DNA of 64,000 nucleotides from an uncultured Actinomycetota bacterium (GCA_963726975.1 CAVSEK010000006.1:8725-72724); one strand, 5' to 3'; shown: positions 41,147-56,243, numbered from the stretch's first letter. The notes: generated by a model not told the origin, from the sequence alone. Numbers and translations are program-made.

Positions 41147-41518
41147 TCAGCGCGCCGCGGCGAGCCCCGCCGCACTGGCAGCGACCGTGAGCACGAGCGT
41201 CGCCGCGGCGTTGAGCAGCGCCCGCGGACGGTCCAGCCGGGCGCTCGCCACCGCGACCGTCGAGAAGGTCGTGAAGCCGCCGCAGAACCCGGTGCCCAGC
41301 ACCACCTGCAGCCCTTCTGGCGCTCCCCGGTCGAGCACCAGCCCGGCGACCAGCCCGAGCAGCAGGCTGCCGAGCACGTTGGCGACGAGCGTGCCCACCG
41401 GGAAGGCCGACGGCCGCCGCGCGGTGACCACCTCGGTGACCACCTCGTCGAGCGCGACCCGCGCCACGGCCCCCAGCCCACCGGCGAGCCCGACCCCGAG
41501 GGCGAGCCCCGCGCTCAC
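41147..41518 (-). CDS. crcB: fluoride ion channel CrcB (second of a pair)
   Basis: GTG 41518 overlaps the upstream crcB stop (GTGA). ...FPVGTLVANVLGSLLLG... and ...GTGFCGGFTTFST... are CrcB motifs. Confidence 0.85.
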   Translation of the reverse strand: MSAGLALGVGLAGGLGAVARVALDEVVTEVVTARRPSAFPVGTLVANVLGSLLLGLVAGLVLDRGAPEGLQVVLGTGFCGGFTTFSTVAVASARLDRPRALLNAAATLVLTVAASAAGLAAAR

Positions 41519-41913
41519 CGCCGCTCCCCCGCCAGCGCGAGCCCGAGGGCGGCCGCGAGCACGCCGAGCACCGCGCTGCCCCCCGCGTACGCCGCGGCCA
41601 GGCCCGGGGAGCCGTCCCGGGCGAGCAGGACCGTCTCGGTCGCCAGCGCCGAGTACGTCGTGAACGCCCCCAGCAGCCCGGAGCCGAGCCCGAGCCGCAG
41701 CGCCCGGCGCCGCCCCGCGTCGGGTCCGCGGCCGAGGACCCCGAGCAGCAGGCCGAGCGCGAGCGCGCCGGTCAGGTCGACGGTCAGCGTCGCGACCGGC
41801 AGCCGGGTCGCCGGCAGGGCCAGCCCGACCGCGTAGCGCAGCAGCGAGCCGGCCGCGCCGCCCAGGAGCACGAGCAGCAGCAGCGCCGGGTCGCGGCGCA
41901 CCGGTCGGGGCAC
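41515..41913 (-). CDS. crcB: fluoride ion channel CrcB (first of a pair)
   Basis: GTG 41913 has GGAGGA (41921-41926) 7 nt upstream. ...GGAAGSLLRY... and ...GLLGAFTTYSALA... are present. Confidence 0.85.
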   Translation of the reverse strand: MPRPVRRDPALLLLVLLGGAAGSLLRYAVGLALPATRLPVATLTVDLTGALALGLLLGVLGRGPDAGRRRALRLGLGSGLLGAFTTYSALATETVLLARDGSPGLAAAYAGGSAVLGVLAAALGLALAGERR

Positions 41914-41929
41914 CCGCCGATCCTCCCCG

Positions 41930-41976
41930 TGCGTCCGCCCGACGCGGACACGGCCGCCGCGTGTCGGGCGGACGCA
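41930..41976. repeat. 47-nt complex palindrome, copy 1 (14-bp arms tgcgtccgcccgac / gtcgggcggacgca around a 19-nt core)
   Basis: Read directly. It starts 3 nt from the crcB Shine-Dalgarno, in the divergent crcB/hydrolase intergenic region. In reverse orientation it matches the element at 44867-44910 with 2 mismatches over the 41-nt core. Confidence 0.85.
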
Positions 41977-42040
41977 GGGCAGGAGCGGGCGGCCGGGCGT
42001 CGAAGCAGGCAGGCACCAGCCCCGGACCCGGAGGTGCCCC

Positions 42041-44074
42041 GTGCCCCGCCGCCCCGCCCTCGCCGCCCTGACCGGCACCCTCGGCGTGCTCGCCGCCCTG
42101 CTCGTGCCCGGCGCCGCGGCCCCGGCGCGCGCGGCCGCGCTGCCCGCGGTCTGCACCGACACCTCCTGGGTCGCCGGCAGCCTGGACCTCTGCGACGGCC
42201 GGCTGGTCTACCGCGACTACGTCTACGACGACACCGGCGCCGACAGCGGCGACATCGGCTACACCACCAACACCTCCAAGGCGTACGGCACGCTCGCCGC
42301 CCCCGCCGGCGACGTCCGCTACCCCGCCGACGACACCAACAGCGCCGACCTGGTGCGCCTCGAGCTGCGCCGCAGCGGCGGGAGGGTCCTCGTCACCGCC
42401 GAGCTCGGCGCGCTCCGCCGGCCGGACAGCACCGTGCTGGCGCTGGCCGTCGACACCGACGGCGACGCGACGACCGGGGGCGGCACCTGGCCGGGCCTGG
42501 CCGTCCGCAGCAGCGGGTGGGACGAGCAGTACCGCCTCACCACCGGCGACCCGGCCACCAACACGATGACCGGCTCGTTCCCGCTGCCGGCGAGCGGCAC
42601 CTGGCGGGTGCAGGCCGTGACCGCGCAGGCCGCGACCGGGCAGGTCATGAACGTCGCCTACCGCGGCGTCGACGAGCACGCCGCCTACCGCCTGGTGCCG
42701 AACCCGGCGTCCCCCTACCCCTACTCCGGGCAGGGCGCGTGGTTCGAGGACGACCAGGCCGCCGCGCTGCGCGACGGCGACGTCAGCGCGTTCGGCGCGG
42801 TCGTGCGCACCGCCGACCTGCGGCCCGGTCGGTCGCGCGCGCAGCGGGTCGGGCCCGGCCTGCACGAGCGCGTCTACACCTCGCGCCACACGCTCGGCGA
42901 GGGCGAGGGCATGTCGTACGCCGGCATCCCCGGCCGCGGCGACGGCGGGTCCGCCAGCGCCTTCGCGCAGGTCTTCAACTTCCTCGGGAAGTACCAGCCG
43001 TACGGCGTCTACGTCCCGGCGACGGCCGGGCCGCACGGCCTGCAGATGGAGTGGCACGGCTCCAACCAGGGCATCGTCGCGCAGATCAACCAGCCCGGGA
43101 TGCAGGCGGCGTACGGCGACGGGCTCGACCGGGTCCTCGCCACCCCGCTCGCCCGCGGGCCCAACGGCTACGGCAGCGACGTCAGCGAGCGCGACCTGCT
43201 CGACGTGATGGACGACGTGCAGCGGCACTACCCGGTCGACCGCGACCGGGTCTTCTCCTCCGGCTACAGCCAGGGCGGCTACATCACCTTCCGGATGGCG
43301 ATGCTCTACCCGGACCGGTTCGCCGGCTTCACCTCGTGGGTCGGCTTCACCGGCGACGACCTCAACGGCACCCCCGTGCAGGGCGACGTGTCCGTCGAGG
43401 CCGGGGCGGTCGGCAACATGCTCCGCTACGTCAAGAACCTGCGGCACGTGCCGGGGTCGATGGTCTACGCCGGCGCCGACGAGCTCGTGCAGGTGCCGAG
43501 CGCCCGGGCGATGCAGCAGGCCTTCGCCCGCAGCTCCGACGTCTACCGCTGGTACCTGCACCCGACGGCGGAGCACCTGACCTTCGCCGCGCTGGACGAC
43601 TGGACGAAGGAGGCCGAGGACAGCCGCGACCAGCGGCTCGTGCACCGGCCGGCCCGAGTCGTCTTCCACACCAACAGCCACCTCGACGCGCCGGAGTACG
43701 GCATCCGGCACGACGCGGCGTACTGGGTGTCGGCGCTGCGCGGCCGCGCGCCCGGCGACCTCGTCACCGACCTCACCTCCCGCGGCTGCGGGACGGCGCT
43801 GCCCGTCACGGCGACGGGCCGGTCGGCAGGGCCGTCGCCGGTGCCGTGGGTGTCCGAGGAGCGGCTGCGGACCGGCACCCGCCCGCAGGCCCGCGCCGCG
43901 GTGCTCGAGGGCTCGCTGGTCAACGTCGGCAGCGGCCGGCTCGACCTCTCGGAGGCCTGCCTGACGGGGGCGTTCCGCTACGCGGTCACCAGCGACGGGC
44001 CCTCGGTGCTGCGGCTCTCGGACGGCCGGGTGCTGCGCCTGGTCGAGGGGCTCAACACCGGGACGCTGCGCTGA
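42041..44074 (+). CDS. secreted alpha/beta-hydrolase (esterase/peptidase-type) with a large N-terminal beta-rich domain
   Basis: GTG 42041 has GGAGG 6 nt upstream, followed by the signal peptide ALAALTGTLGVLAALLVPGAAAPARA. Nucleophile elbow SGYSQGG, then ...ADELV... and ...HPTAEH... as candidate Asp and His. Intact 677-aa frame. Confidence 0.68.
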   Translation: MPRRPALAALTGTLGVLAALLVPGAAAPARAAALPAVCTDTSWVAGSLDLCDGRLVYRDYVYDDTGADSGDIGYTTNTSKAYGTLAAPAGDVRYPADDTNSADLVRLELRRSGGRVLVTAELGALRRPDSTVLALAVDTDGDATTGGGTWPGLAVRSSGWDEQYRLTTGDPATNTMTGSFPLPASGTWRVQAVTAQAATGQVMNVAYRGVDEHAAYRLVPNPASPYPYSGQGAWFEDDQAAALRDGDVSAFGAVVRTADLRPGRSRAQRVGPGLHERVYTSRHTLGEGEGMSYAGIPGRGDGGSASAFAQVFNFLGKYQPYGVYVPATAGPHGLQMEWHGSNQGIVAQINQPGMQAAYGDGLDRVLATPLARGPNGYGSDVSERDLLDVMDDVQRHYPVDRDRVFSSGYSQGGYITFRMAMLYPDRFAGFTSWVGFTGDDLNGTPVQGDVSVEAGAVGNMLRYVKNLRHVPGSMVYAGADELVQVPSARAMQQAFARSSDVYRWYLHPTAEHLTFAALDDWTKEAEDSRDQRLVHRPARVVFHTNSHLDAPEYGIRHDAAYWVSALRGRAPGDLVTDLTSRGCGTALPVTATGRSAGPSPVPWVSEERLRTGTRPQARAAVLEGSLVNVGSGRLDLSEACLTGAFRYAVTSDGPSVLRLSDGRVLRLVEGLNTGTLR

Positions 44075-44078
44075 CCGC

Positions 44079-44846
44079 TCAGCGTCGGCCGGGCAGCCGG
44101 GAGCTCAGGGCGGCGACCAGCCGGGCCTGCAGGACCGGCGGCACCAGGCGGCTCGCCGCGACCACGGCCTTGTAGGTCGCGCCGGGCACGCTCACCGCCC
44201 GGCCGCGGGCGAGGTCGGCCAGCGCGTCCGCGACGACCCGGTCGGCGTCGAGCCACAGCCGCTCCGGGACGCCCGAGGTGTCCATCCCGGCCCGCTCGTG
44301 GAACTCGGTGCGGGTGAAGCCGGGGCACAGCGCCATCACGCGGACGCCGCGGTCGGCGTACTGCAGGTGCAGCGACTGGGAGAAGCTCGTCACCCACGCC
44401 TTGCTGGCGCTGTAGCTCGCGCCGCGGGCTCCTGGGGTGAAGCCGGCGACGCTGCTGACGTTGACGACGGCGCCGGACCCGCGGGCGAGCATCGGCGGCA
44501 GGGCGGCGTGGGTGAGGCGCAGGACCGCCCGGACGTTGACCCGCAGCAGGTGCTCCTCGGCGTCGCGGTCGACCTCGTCGAACACGCCGGGGTTGCCGAG
44601 CCCGGCGTTGTTGACGAGCAGGTCGATGCCGCCCTCGCCGAGCCGCCACTCGATCCGCGCGGTGCCCTCGGCCGTGGCCAGGTCGGCGGGCAGCACCTCG
44701 ACGGCGACGGGCAGGTCGCGGGCCAGCGCGCGCAGGCGCACCTCGTCGCGGGCGACGAGCACGAGGTCGTGCCCGTCGGCGGCCAGGCGGCGGGCGAACG
44801 CGGCGCCGATGCCGGCGGTCGCGCCGGTGACGAGAGCGGTGGTCAT
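44079..44846 (-). CDS. SDR family oxidoreductase
   Basis: [22 protein letters not shown], and YSASKAW. ATG 44846 is preferred over the longer ORF start at 44879. Confidence 0.85.
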   Translation of the reverse strand: MTTALVTGATAGIGAAFARRLAADGHDLVLVARDEVRLRALARDLPVAVEVLPADLATAEGTARIEWRLGEGGIDLLVNNAGLGNPGVFDEVDRDAEEHLLRVNVRAVLRLTHAALPPMLARGSGAVVNVSSVAGFTPGARGASYSASKAWVTSFSQSLHLQYADRGVRVMALCPGFTRTEFHERAGMDTSGVPERLWLDADRVVADALADLARGRAVSVPGATYKAVVAASRLVPPVLQARLVAALSSRLPGRR

Positions 44847-44866
44847 GGGCCCAGCCTGCCCGGTGG

Positions 44867-44910
44867 GTCCGCCCGACACGCGACGGGCGTGTCCGCGTCG
44901 GGCGGACGCA
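44867..44910. repeat. complex palindrome, copy 2 (11-bp arms gtccgcccgac / gtcgggcggac); terminator-like hairpin directly after the clpB stop
   Basis: gtccgcccgacacgcgacgggcgtgtccgcgtcgggcggacgca. It lies between the clpB stop (44914) and the SDR start (44846). An alternative inner stem is gacacgc/gcgtgtc. Confidence 0.85.
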
Positions 44911-44913
44911 GGG

Positions 44914-47531
<2,618 letters not shown>

Positions 47532-47535
<4 letters not shown>

Positions 47536-48185
47536 AGCGGTCCTCCAGCGGGGGTCGGGCAGTTCCTGCTGTCGACAACCGTACCCTTGTTGAGCGCATT
47601 CCGCTCAGGTCTGGGTCCGGGCCCGGGCTCCGGGCTCATCACGCCGTCAGAGCTCGCGGTCCGCCGGGGGTCGCCGCCGGCCTCGACCGCCGTGGCGAAC
47701 CGCTCGAGGGCGAGCACGCAGCGGGGCGAGGTCGGGGCACCCGGCATGCGCGCGACGACGTCGCGGATGTCGGCCCGGCGCCGGTCGAGCACCGCCTGCA
47801 CCAGGCCACGGCCGTGGTCGGTGAGGCTCACCACCGTGACCCGCCGGTCCTGCCCGGCGCCCTGGCTGACGAGCCCCCGGCGCCGCAGCTGCTGCGCGAT
47901 CCGCGTCCCGGTCGACTGGTGCACGCCCACCCGCTCGGCCAGCCGCGTCGTCGCCAGCGGACCCGAGCGCAGCAGCACCACGAGCGCGCGGAACTGCGGC
48001 AGCGTCAGGTCGTCCTCGAGGTCGTCCAGGGACCGGGCCGCCACCGCCACGAGGGCGCGGGACGCGGCGAGCAGGGCGTCGACGAGACCCTCGTCCACGC
48101 CGACGCCGACGCCGACGCCCACGTCCGCGTCCGCGCCGACATCCGCGTCCACGTCCTCGACGCCGGTGCTGCCGTCCGTCACCAC
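47532..48185 (-). CDS. MarR family transcriptional regulator
   Basis: Winged-helix core ...[66 protein letters not shown].... The N-terminus is low-complexity ([21 protein letters not shown]). The last ~40 codons run through the clpB operator and RBS, so the 3' end is doubtful. Confidence 0.78.
47589..47609. promoter_or_regulatory. HAIR-like HspR operator upstream of clpB
   Basis: gTTGAGC-gcattcc-GCTCAgg, compared with the HAIR consensus CTTGAGT-N7-ACTCAAG. It lies 54-74 nt upstream of the clpB start, and the TTGAGC-N7-GCTCA core matches the two sites upstream of dnaK. Confidence 0.6.
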
Positions 48186-48214
48186 CCCGGCAGTCTGGAC
48201 CCGCCGGGCCGCGG

Positions 48215-48625
48215 TCAGGGACGCTGGGGCTGCCAGACGACGAGGGCGCTGCTGCGCAGCGGCACGAGGTCGCGCCGCGACGCGGCCAGCGCGCTCGCCG
48301 TCGCGGTGGCGGCGGCCTGCGCGAGGGCCTGCCGGGTCTGCTCCAGCTCGAGCGCCAGCTCGGCGGTGCGCGCGCGCAGCGCCTCCACGGCGTTCTCCAG
48401 CTCGATGACGCGCTTGATGCCCGCGAGGTTGACGCCCTCCTCCTGGGAGAGCCGCTGCACCTCGCGCAGCTGCGCGACGTCGCGGGGCGAGTAGCGCCGG
48501 CCGCCCCCGCCGGACCGGCCGGGGCTGACGAGCCCGAGCCGGTCGTACTGGCGCAGCGTCTGGGGGTGCATCCCCGCCAGCTCCGCCGCGACCGAGATGA
48601 CGAAGACCGGGCTGTCGTCGTCCAT
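48215..48625 (-). CDS. hspR: heat-shock transcriptional repressor HspR (MerR family)
   Basis: [76 protein letters not shown] 48625 shares its A with the dnaJ TGA. It is the last gene of the dnaK operon. Confidence 0.9.
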   Translation of the reverse strand: MDDDSPVFVISVAAELAGMHPQTLRQYDRLGLVSPGRSGGGGRRYSPRDVAQLREVQRLSQEEGVNLAGIKRVIELENAVEALRARTAELALELEQTRQALAQAAATATASALAASRRDLVPLRSSALVVWQPQRP

Positions 48626-49746
48626 CACGCGCTCCCCTCCAGCAGTCCGGCCCGCGGGTCGTCGGGCTGCGCCTGCGCGTACGCCCGCAGGGCCGCCGCC
48701 GCGGCCTCCGGCAGCCGCGCCGGCACCGCCACGTCGACGGTCACGAGCAGGTCCCCCACGCCGCTGCGGGTGGGCACCCCGCGGCCGCGCACCCGGAACG
48801 TACGGCCCGAGGCGGTCCCCGGCGGCAGCTTCAGCGTGACGCCGGCCCCGTCCGGGGTCGGGACGCGCACCTCCGCGCCGAGGACGGCCTCCGGGAAGGT
48901 GATCGGGACGGAGAGCGTCACGGCGTCGCCCTTGCGGCCGAACAACCGGTGGGGCGTGACGTGGACGACGACGAACAGGTCGCCCGCGGGCCCGCCGCGC
49001 TCGCCGGCGCCGCCGCGGCCGGCGACACGCACCCGCTGGCCGTCCTCGACGCCCGCCGGGACGCGCACCGTGAGGGTGCGCTCCTGGCTCGTGGTGCCGC
49101 CCCCCGCGCAGGTGGGGCACGGCGTCTCGACCACGCGGCCGGTGCCGCGGCAGGCGGCGCACGGCTCGGCGAAGGCGAACCCGCCCTGGTTGCGGTGGAG
49201 CATGCCCTGGCCGCCGCAGACGCCGCAGGCCCGCGGCTGCGTGCCGGGCGCGGCCCCGCTCCCGCGGCAGGTGCCGCAGGTGCCCGTGGTGGTGAGGCGC
49301 AACGGGACGGTGACGCCCCGCAGCGCGTCGAGGAAGTCCAGCGTCGCGCTGGCCTCGACGTCCTCGCCGCGGCGCGGGCGGGCGGCCGAGCGCCCGCCCC
49401 CGCCGCCGCCGAACAGGCCGCCGAAGACGTCGCCGACGCCCCCGCCGGCCCGCCCGAACAGGTCGCCGAGGTCGAAGGGCGACCCGCCGCCCGCGGACCG
49501 GCCGCCCGCCGGTCCGCGGCCGAACAGGCTGCGCTGCTCGTCGTACTCCCGGCGCTTGGCGTCGTCGGAGAGCACGTCGTAGGCCTCGGAGACCGCCTTG
49601 AAGCGCTCCTCGCCGCCCGGGTTGGTGTCGGGGTGCAGGTCGCGCGCGAGCTTGCGGTAGGCCTTCTTGATGTCGGCCGCGGAGGCGTCCTTGGCGACGC
49701 CGAGCGTCGCGTAGTGGTCCTTCTCCACCGAGTCGCGCGCGCTCAC
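48625..49746 (-). CDS. dnaJ: molecular chaperone DnaJ
   Basis: J-domain (DHYATLGV...[15 protein letters not shown]), a G/F region and four CxxCxGxG zinc motifs ([32 protein letters not shown]). Intact 373 aa. Confidence 0.95.
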   Translation of the reverse strand: MSARDSVEKDHYATLGVAKDASAADIKKAYRKLARDLHPDTNPGGEERFKAVSEAYDVLSDDAKRREYDEQRSLFGRGPAGGRSAGGGSPFDLGDLFGRAGGGVGDVFGGLFGGGGGGRSAARPRRGEDVEASATLDFLDALRGVTVPLRLTTTGTCGTCRGSGAAPGTQPRACGVCGGQGMLHRNQGGFAFAEPCAACRGTGRVVETPCPTCAGGGTTSQERTLTVRVPAGVEDGQRVRVAGRGGAGERGGPAGDLFVVVHVTPHRLFGRKGDAVTLSVPITFPEAVLGAEVRVPTPDGAGVTLKLPPGTASGRTFRVRGRGVPTRSGVGDLLVTVDVAVPARLPEAAAAALRAYAQAQPDDPRAGLLEGSA

Positions 49747-49747
49747 G

Positions 49748-52309
<2,562 letters not shown>

Positions 52310-52312
<3 letters not shown>

Positions 52313-52337
52313 ATGCCGACACCTGGACAACCGTCAA
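52310..52337 (-). promoter_or_regulatory. putative dnaK promoter (-35 TTGACG, 16-nt spacer, -10 CATCAT on the minus strand)
   Basis: On the plus strand these are cgtcaa at 52332-52337 and atgatg at 52310-52315. The promoter is bracketed by the two HAIR sites. Assigned by eye only. Confidence 0.35.
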
Positions 52338-54167
52338 ACCGGCTTGAGCCTTCCCGGCTCAGTTCCCTCTCTTCGCCAGGAGGGCTCGACCGCGCGCGCG
52401 GCGGAGGCGCGGCGTACGGCCCGGCGGAGCAGGCCGCTCGAGGAGGCCAGCGGCGAGGGCCAGACGAGGAACGCCTCGGCCTCCAGCGCCGCCAGCATCA
52501 CCCGCGGCAGGTCGCGGGCAGCCGGGTAGCAGACGTAGCGCGGCTCCCAGGTCGGGCGGAACTTGGCGTTGAAGCGGTAGAGCGACTCGATCTGGAACCA
52601 GCGCGAGGCGAAGACGAGCAGCGACCGCCAGCCGCGCAGCAGCGGGCCGGCACCGAGCCGCTCGCCGTGCTCGAGCGCCTGGCGGAAGACCGCGAAGTTG
52701 AGCGACAGCCGGCGCACGCCGAGCTGCGGCGCCGGCCTGCAGGGCCCTGACGATGAGCAGCTCGTTGAGCCCGTTCTCGGCGTCGCGGTCGCGCCGCATG
52801 AGGTCCAGCGACAGCCCGTCGCGCTCCCCAGGGCACGAAGTGCAGCAGCGCGCGCAGCACGCCGTCCTGCTCGGCGGTGACCAGGACGCAGGCAGTCGTC
52901 CGCCGGGCTCGCCGAAGCGGCCCAGCGCCATGGAGAAGCCGCGCTCGGTGCCGCCGCCGCGCCAGGCGGCGGCGACCCGCGTGACCTCGCGCGCGCTCGG
53001 CCGGGTCGATGTCGGCCACCCGGCGGACCCGGGTCGGTCACGCCGGCGCGCTCGACCCGCGCGACCGCCTGGCGCACGCCGCGCATCGTCGCGGCCCTGC
53101 AGGGTGAAGTCCGTCGACCTCGACGACCGCCTCGTCGCCGATCTCCAGCGACCCGCAGGCCGGCCCGCCGGTAGGCCGTGCCGCCCTGCTCGCCGCAGCC
53201 CATGACGGCCGGCACCCAGGCGTGCTCGTCCGCGAGCCGCAGGAAGGCCGCGATCGCCCCCGGCCAGGCCTCCGGGTCGCCGATCGGGTCGCCGCTGGCC
53301 AGCGCCACTCCCGACACGACCCGGTAGGCGACGGCCGCCTTGCCGGTCGGCGACCAGACCACCGACTTGTCGCGGCGCAGCGCGAAGTAGCCGAGCGAGT
53401 CGCGGCCGCCGTGCCGCTCGAGCAGGGCGCGGAGCCGCAGCTCGTCGTCGGCGGTGAGCAACGGGCGCGGCTCGGCCGGGCGCAGCGCCAGGTAGGCGGG
53501 CACCAGCGCGGTGAGCGCTCCGAGCGCCGGCCAGGGTGAAGGAGACGACGTCGGTGTCGCGGTCGGAGCGGAAGCCAGCGGCCCGGTCACGCCGACCAGC
53601 CCGAGCAGGACGTGCCGCAGCTGCGCCGACCAGCGAGGGGCCGCCGACCACGCTCGTCCAGCCGCAGCCGGACGACAGCCAGCCCGAGCAGCACGCTGAC
53701 GCCGGCGAGCAGGACCAGAGCGCGCCGGCGGCCCGCCAGCGCGTGCGCGGGTCGCTGCAGGGCGTAGAACTCCGGCGCCAGGCGACCAGGCCGACGAGCA
53801 GGACGGCCGGAGACGACCGGCCTCCTCGACGTCCAGGCCCTTGACGACGTGCAGCACGACGCTGGCCGCGAGCAGCGCGACGACCGCCCGCCAGGCCCGC
53901 CGCTTGCGCCGGCGCAGGGCGTGGGCGAGCAGCAGCAGCAGGACGCCGGCGACCGACGGTGGCGCTGGCGGCGGCGTGGGTCAGCGCGCCCGGGCACCAC
54001 GGTGGTGAGGGCCTGCACGCGCGGGCCGGCTGGCCCGGGTCAGCGCGCTGGCGAGGTCGAGCACGCCCGCGCCGGCCGTGAGCAGGCCGGCCACGGGCGG
54101 GACCCACCGGCCGCGGGTGGTCGGTCGGCGGCGTCGCGCGTACGGGTGCGGCGGTGGAGGCGGTCAT
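52334..54167 (-). pseudogene. MprF/LysX-like phosphatidylglycerol lysyltransferase (multi-TM N-part plus DUF2156 C-domain); many frame switches
   Basis: LHVVKGLDVEEA, ...RALLERHGGRDSLGYFALRRDKSVVWSPTGKAAVAYRVVSGVALASGDPIGD... and the C-terminus ...FQIESLYRFNAKFRPTWEPRYVCY... are in ORF 52334..53857. The middle of the domain (...MSAGG-free segment LHFVPWG...) is in ORFs 52498..53019 and 52359..54671. ATG 54167 is tentative. Confidence 0.68.
52343..52363. promoter_or_regulatory. HAIR-like HspR operator, distal to dnaK
   Basis: CTTGAGC-cttcccg-GCTCAgt matches CTTGAGT-N7-ACTCAAG at 11 of 14 arm positions. It lies 87-107 nt upstream of dnaK. Confidence 0.68.
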
Positions 54168-54798
54168 GCGGCGCCGCCCCCGGGAGCGGACCGGCGGACC
54201 GGCAGGACCGGGCTCCGGCCCCAGCGCGAGGCCGAGCGAGAGGGCGAACACGTGACCCCAGGAGGTGAAGGTGGGCGCGCGGACGAGCAGCGGGACGACG
54301 ACGAGGGCCGCCGCCGGCAGGACCCAGCGGGCGGGCCGTCGGGGGCGCGCCACCAGCAGGCAGCCCAGCACGGACAGGGCTCCGTAGCTCAGGCCGACGT
54401 CGACGGCCGAGCGCACGTCGACCGGCGCCACCCCGGGCAGCAGGTCGGCCTCGAGCAGCGCGGCGACGAGCAGGCTGGCCAGCGCGTGCCCGGCGGCGAA
54501 CACGGCGACCAGCCGGCGGGAGCCCAGCACGAGCTCGCCGACCGCCAGCAGCGGCCCGTCGACCAGCACGACCGGCAGCGCCGGCGGGACCACGACCAGC
54601 GCGCTGGTGACCAGCACGTCCCAGCGGCCGTCCTCGAGGTTGTCCAGGTTGGTGGACGCCGCGTGCAGCACGGCGCTGCGCGTGCCGGGGTCGACGAGGC
54701 GCAGGCCAGGCCGTGGCGACGACCACCGCGGCCACGTACGCGCACGTCACCGGCAGCCGACGGGCCACCCGGGGGAGGCGGCGCCGGGGCCCGGTCAC
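54164..54798 (-). pseudogene. rhomboid-like polytopic membrane protein; 1-2 frame switches
   Basis: GTG 54798 overlaps the esterase stop (GTGA). LPVTCAYVAAVVVATAW is in ORF 54040..54996. LHAASTNLDNLEDGRWDVLVTSALVV...GHALASLLVA...SWGHVFALSLGLAL is in ORF 52359..54671. The family call is from memory of similar annotations and is weak. Confidence 0.42.
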
Positions 54799-55906
54799 CC
54801 GGGCCCGGCTGCGGGCGGCGCCATCCGCGGGAGCGCCCAGGCCAGCGCGTCGGCGAGGGCGGGGCGCCAGACCCGGAAGGTGTGGCCGCCCGGCCGCTCC
54901 TGCAGCTGCACGTCGAGCCCCCGGCCGCGCAGCACCGGCGCCAGTCGCTCCAGCCCGGGCCGCACCGCGTCGTCGCCCGTGCCGGTGTCCAGCCACACCC
55001 GGGTGGCCGGGGAGCGGGACATGGTCGGGGCGTACGTCCGGGGCGTGTCCGCCGGGGCGAGCCGCCCGGCCGCCGGGCCGTAGAGCGCGACGAGCCCGCC
55101 GCGGTGGGTGGGCTCGACGAGGCCGGAGAGGTCGAGCACGGTCGCGACCCGGTCGCGGTGCTTCAGGCCCAGGTCCAGCGCGCAGAAGCCACCGGCCGAC
55201 ATGCCCGCCAGGGCGCGCGACCGTCGCGCGTCGCGATGGTCCGCAGCGCGCCGTCGACCGTGGGCACGAGCTGCTGCCAGAGGCAGGTCTCGACCTGCTC
55301 GTGCGCGCCGTCGACGCACTCCGGGTCGTCCAGCCAGCCCCGGCTCGTGCGCGGCAGGACGACGACCGCCGGGTGCCCGGTCCTCGCCAGGGCGAGCGCC
55401 GTGCGCGCCAGGTCGCCGCCGCGCAGCCAGTCGGCCGGCACCCCGGGCGCGCCGTGGAACAGGTAGACGACCGGGAAGCGCTCGGTCGGGGAGGTGAAGT
55501 ACTGCGGCGGCAGCCAGACCAGCGCCGGGGCGTCGCGCAGGCCGGTGCCGCCCGCCGCGACCGGCAGCGCCAGCACCCCGCCGTCGGGGTAGCGGACCGC
55601 CGCCCGCGGGTCGGTGAGGGCCGCCGCCGTGACTTCCGGCCAGGGGCCCCCGCCGGCCGGGAGCTCGAGCACGTCCCCCACCCGCGGCAGGTAGCCGAAG
55701 CCGGTGTTCACCGCGTCTGCCGCGGTCGCCCCGGCGCCGAGCAGCGCGAGGACCAGGAGCAGGACCGTGGAGCCGCGGCGCACCCCGGCGCGGCGCTGCG
55801 CGCGCGACCGGGCACCCCGCGCCGCCGCCCCGGCGACGACCGCCAGCAGGGCGAGCGTCAGCAGAGGGACCGGGCCGACGACCGGCACGCTGGCGGCACC
55901 TCGCAC
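54795..55906 (-). pseudogene. membrane-anchored esterase (putative-esterase / esterase D-like alpha/beta hydrolase); one frameshift near 55220
   Basis: The TM helices and FPVVYLFHGAPGVPADW are in ORF 55163..56281. The nucleophile elbow LAGMSAGGFCAL and the C-terminal GGHTFRVW are in ORF 54795..55319. The start (GTG 55906) is uncertain. Confidence 0.6.
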
Positions 55907-56243
55907 CGGTCCAGGGTGCGTCCTGCCGCGCTGCAGGGCGAGCCGCCGCTGTGCGACGCTCACCCCGTGTTCAGCAGGCTGCGCGACCGACGCGGCGGAC
56001 CGAGCCCGGCCGTCCGCCTGCTCGCGCTCGTCGTCGCGCTGCTGCTCGCCGGCCCGCTCGTGGCCGTGGTCGCGCGGGTGCTGCTCGGGGTCGTCCGACT
56101 GGCCCTCTGACCGCCCCGTCGCGCAGCAAGGGGGCCGTCCGGCCCAGCGCGCGCCGGCCGGGGTTGCGCCGGGGAGCCCCTGGGGGCAGCGGCCGTGGAC
56201 GCCGTTGACGGAGGAGACCCTTCCTCGTCCCACGGAGCCCTCC

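Noticed and set aside
41914-42040. Fluoride (crcB-motif) riboswitch upstream of the crcB pair
   Set aside because: I looked for the conserved pseudoknot elements (GGnGAUGnnnnnCnCC ... CUGAUGAUnCCUAC-like) in the minus-strand leader and did not see them. The leader is instead dominated by the 47-nt palindrome. A covariance-model scan would be decisive.
41147-43711. 854-aa minus-strand ORF
   Set aside because: Only the last 123 codons (crcB, 41147-41518) are credible. The remainder is antisense to the secreted hydrolase gene and reads through the second crcB in a wrong frame.
55968-56110. Small plus-strand ORF encoding a hydrophobic peptide (VFSRLRDRRGGPSPAVRLLALVVALLLAGPLVAVVARVLLGVVRLAL) upstream of subtilase 1
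   Set aside because: It has no SD, overlaps the uncertain 5' end of the minus-strand esterase, and its hydrophobicity may simply mirror the antisense TM-coding region. There is not enough support to call it.
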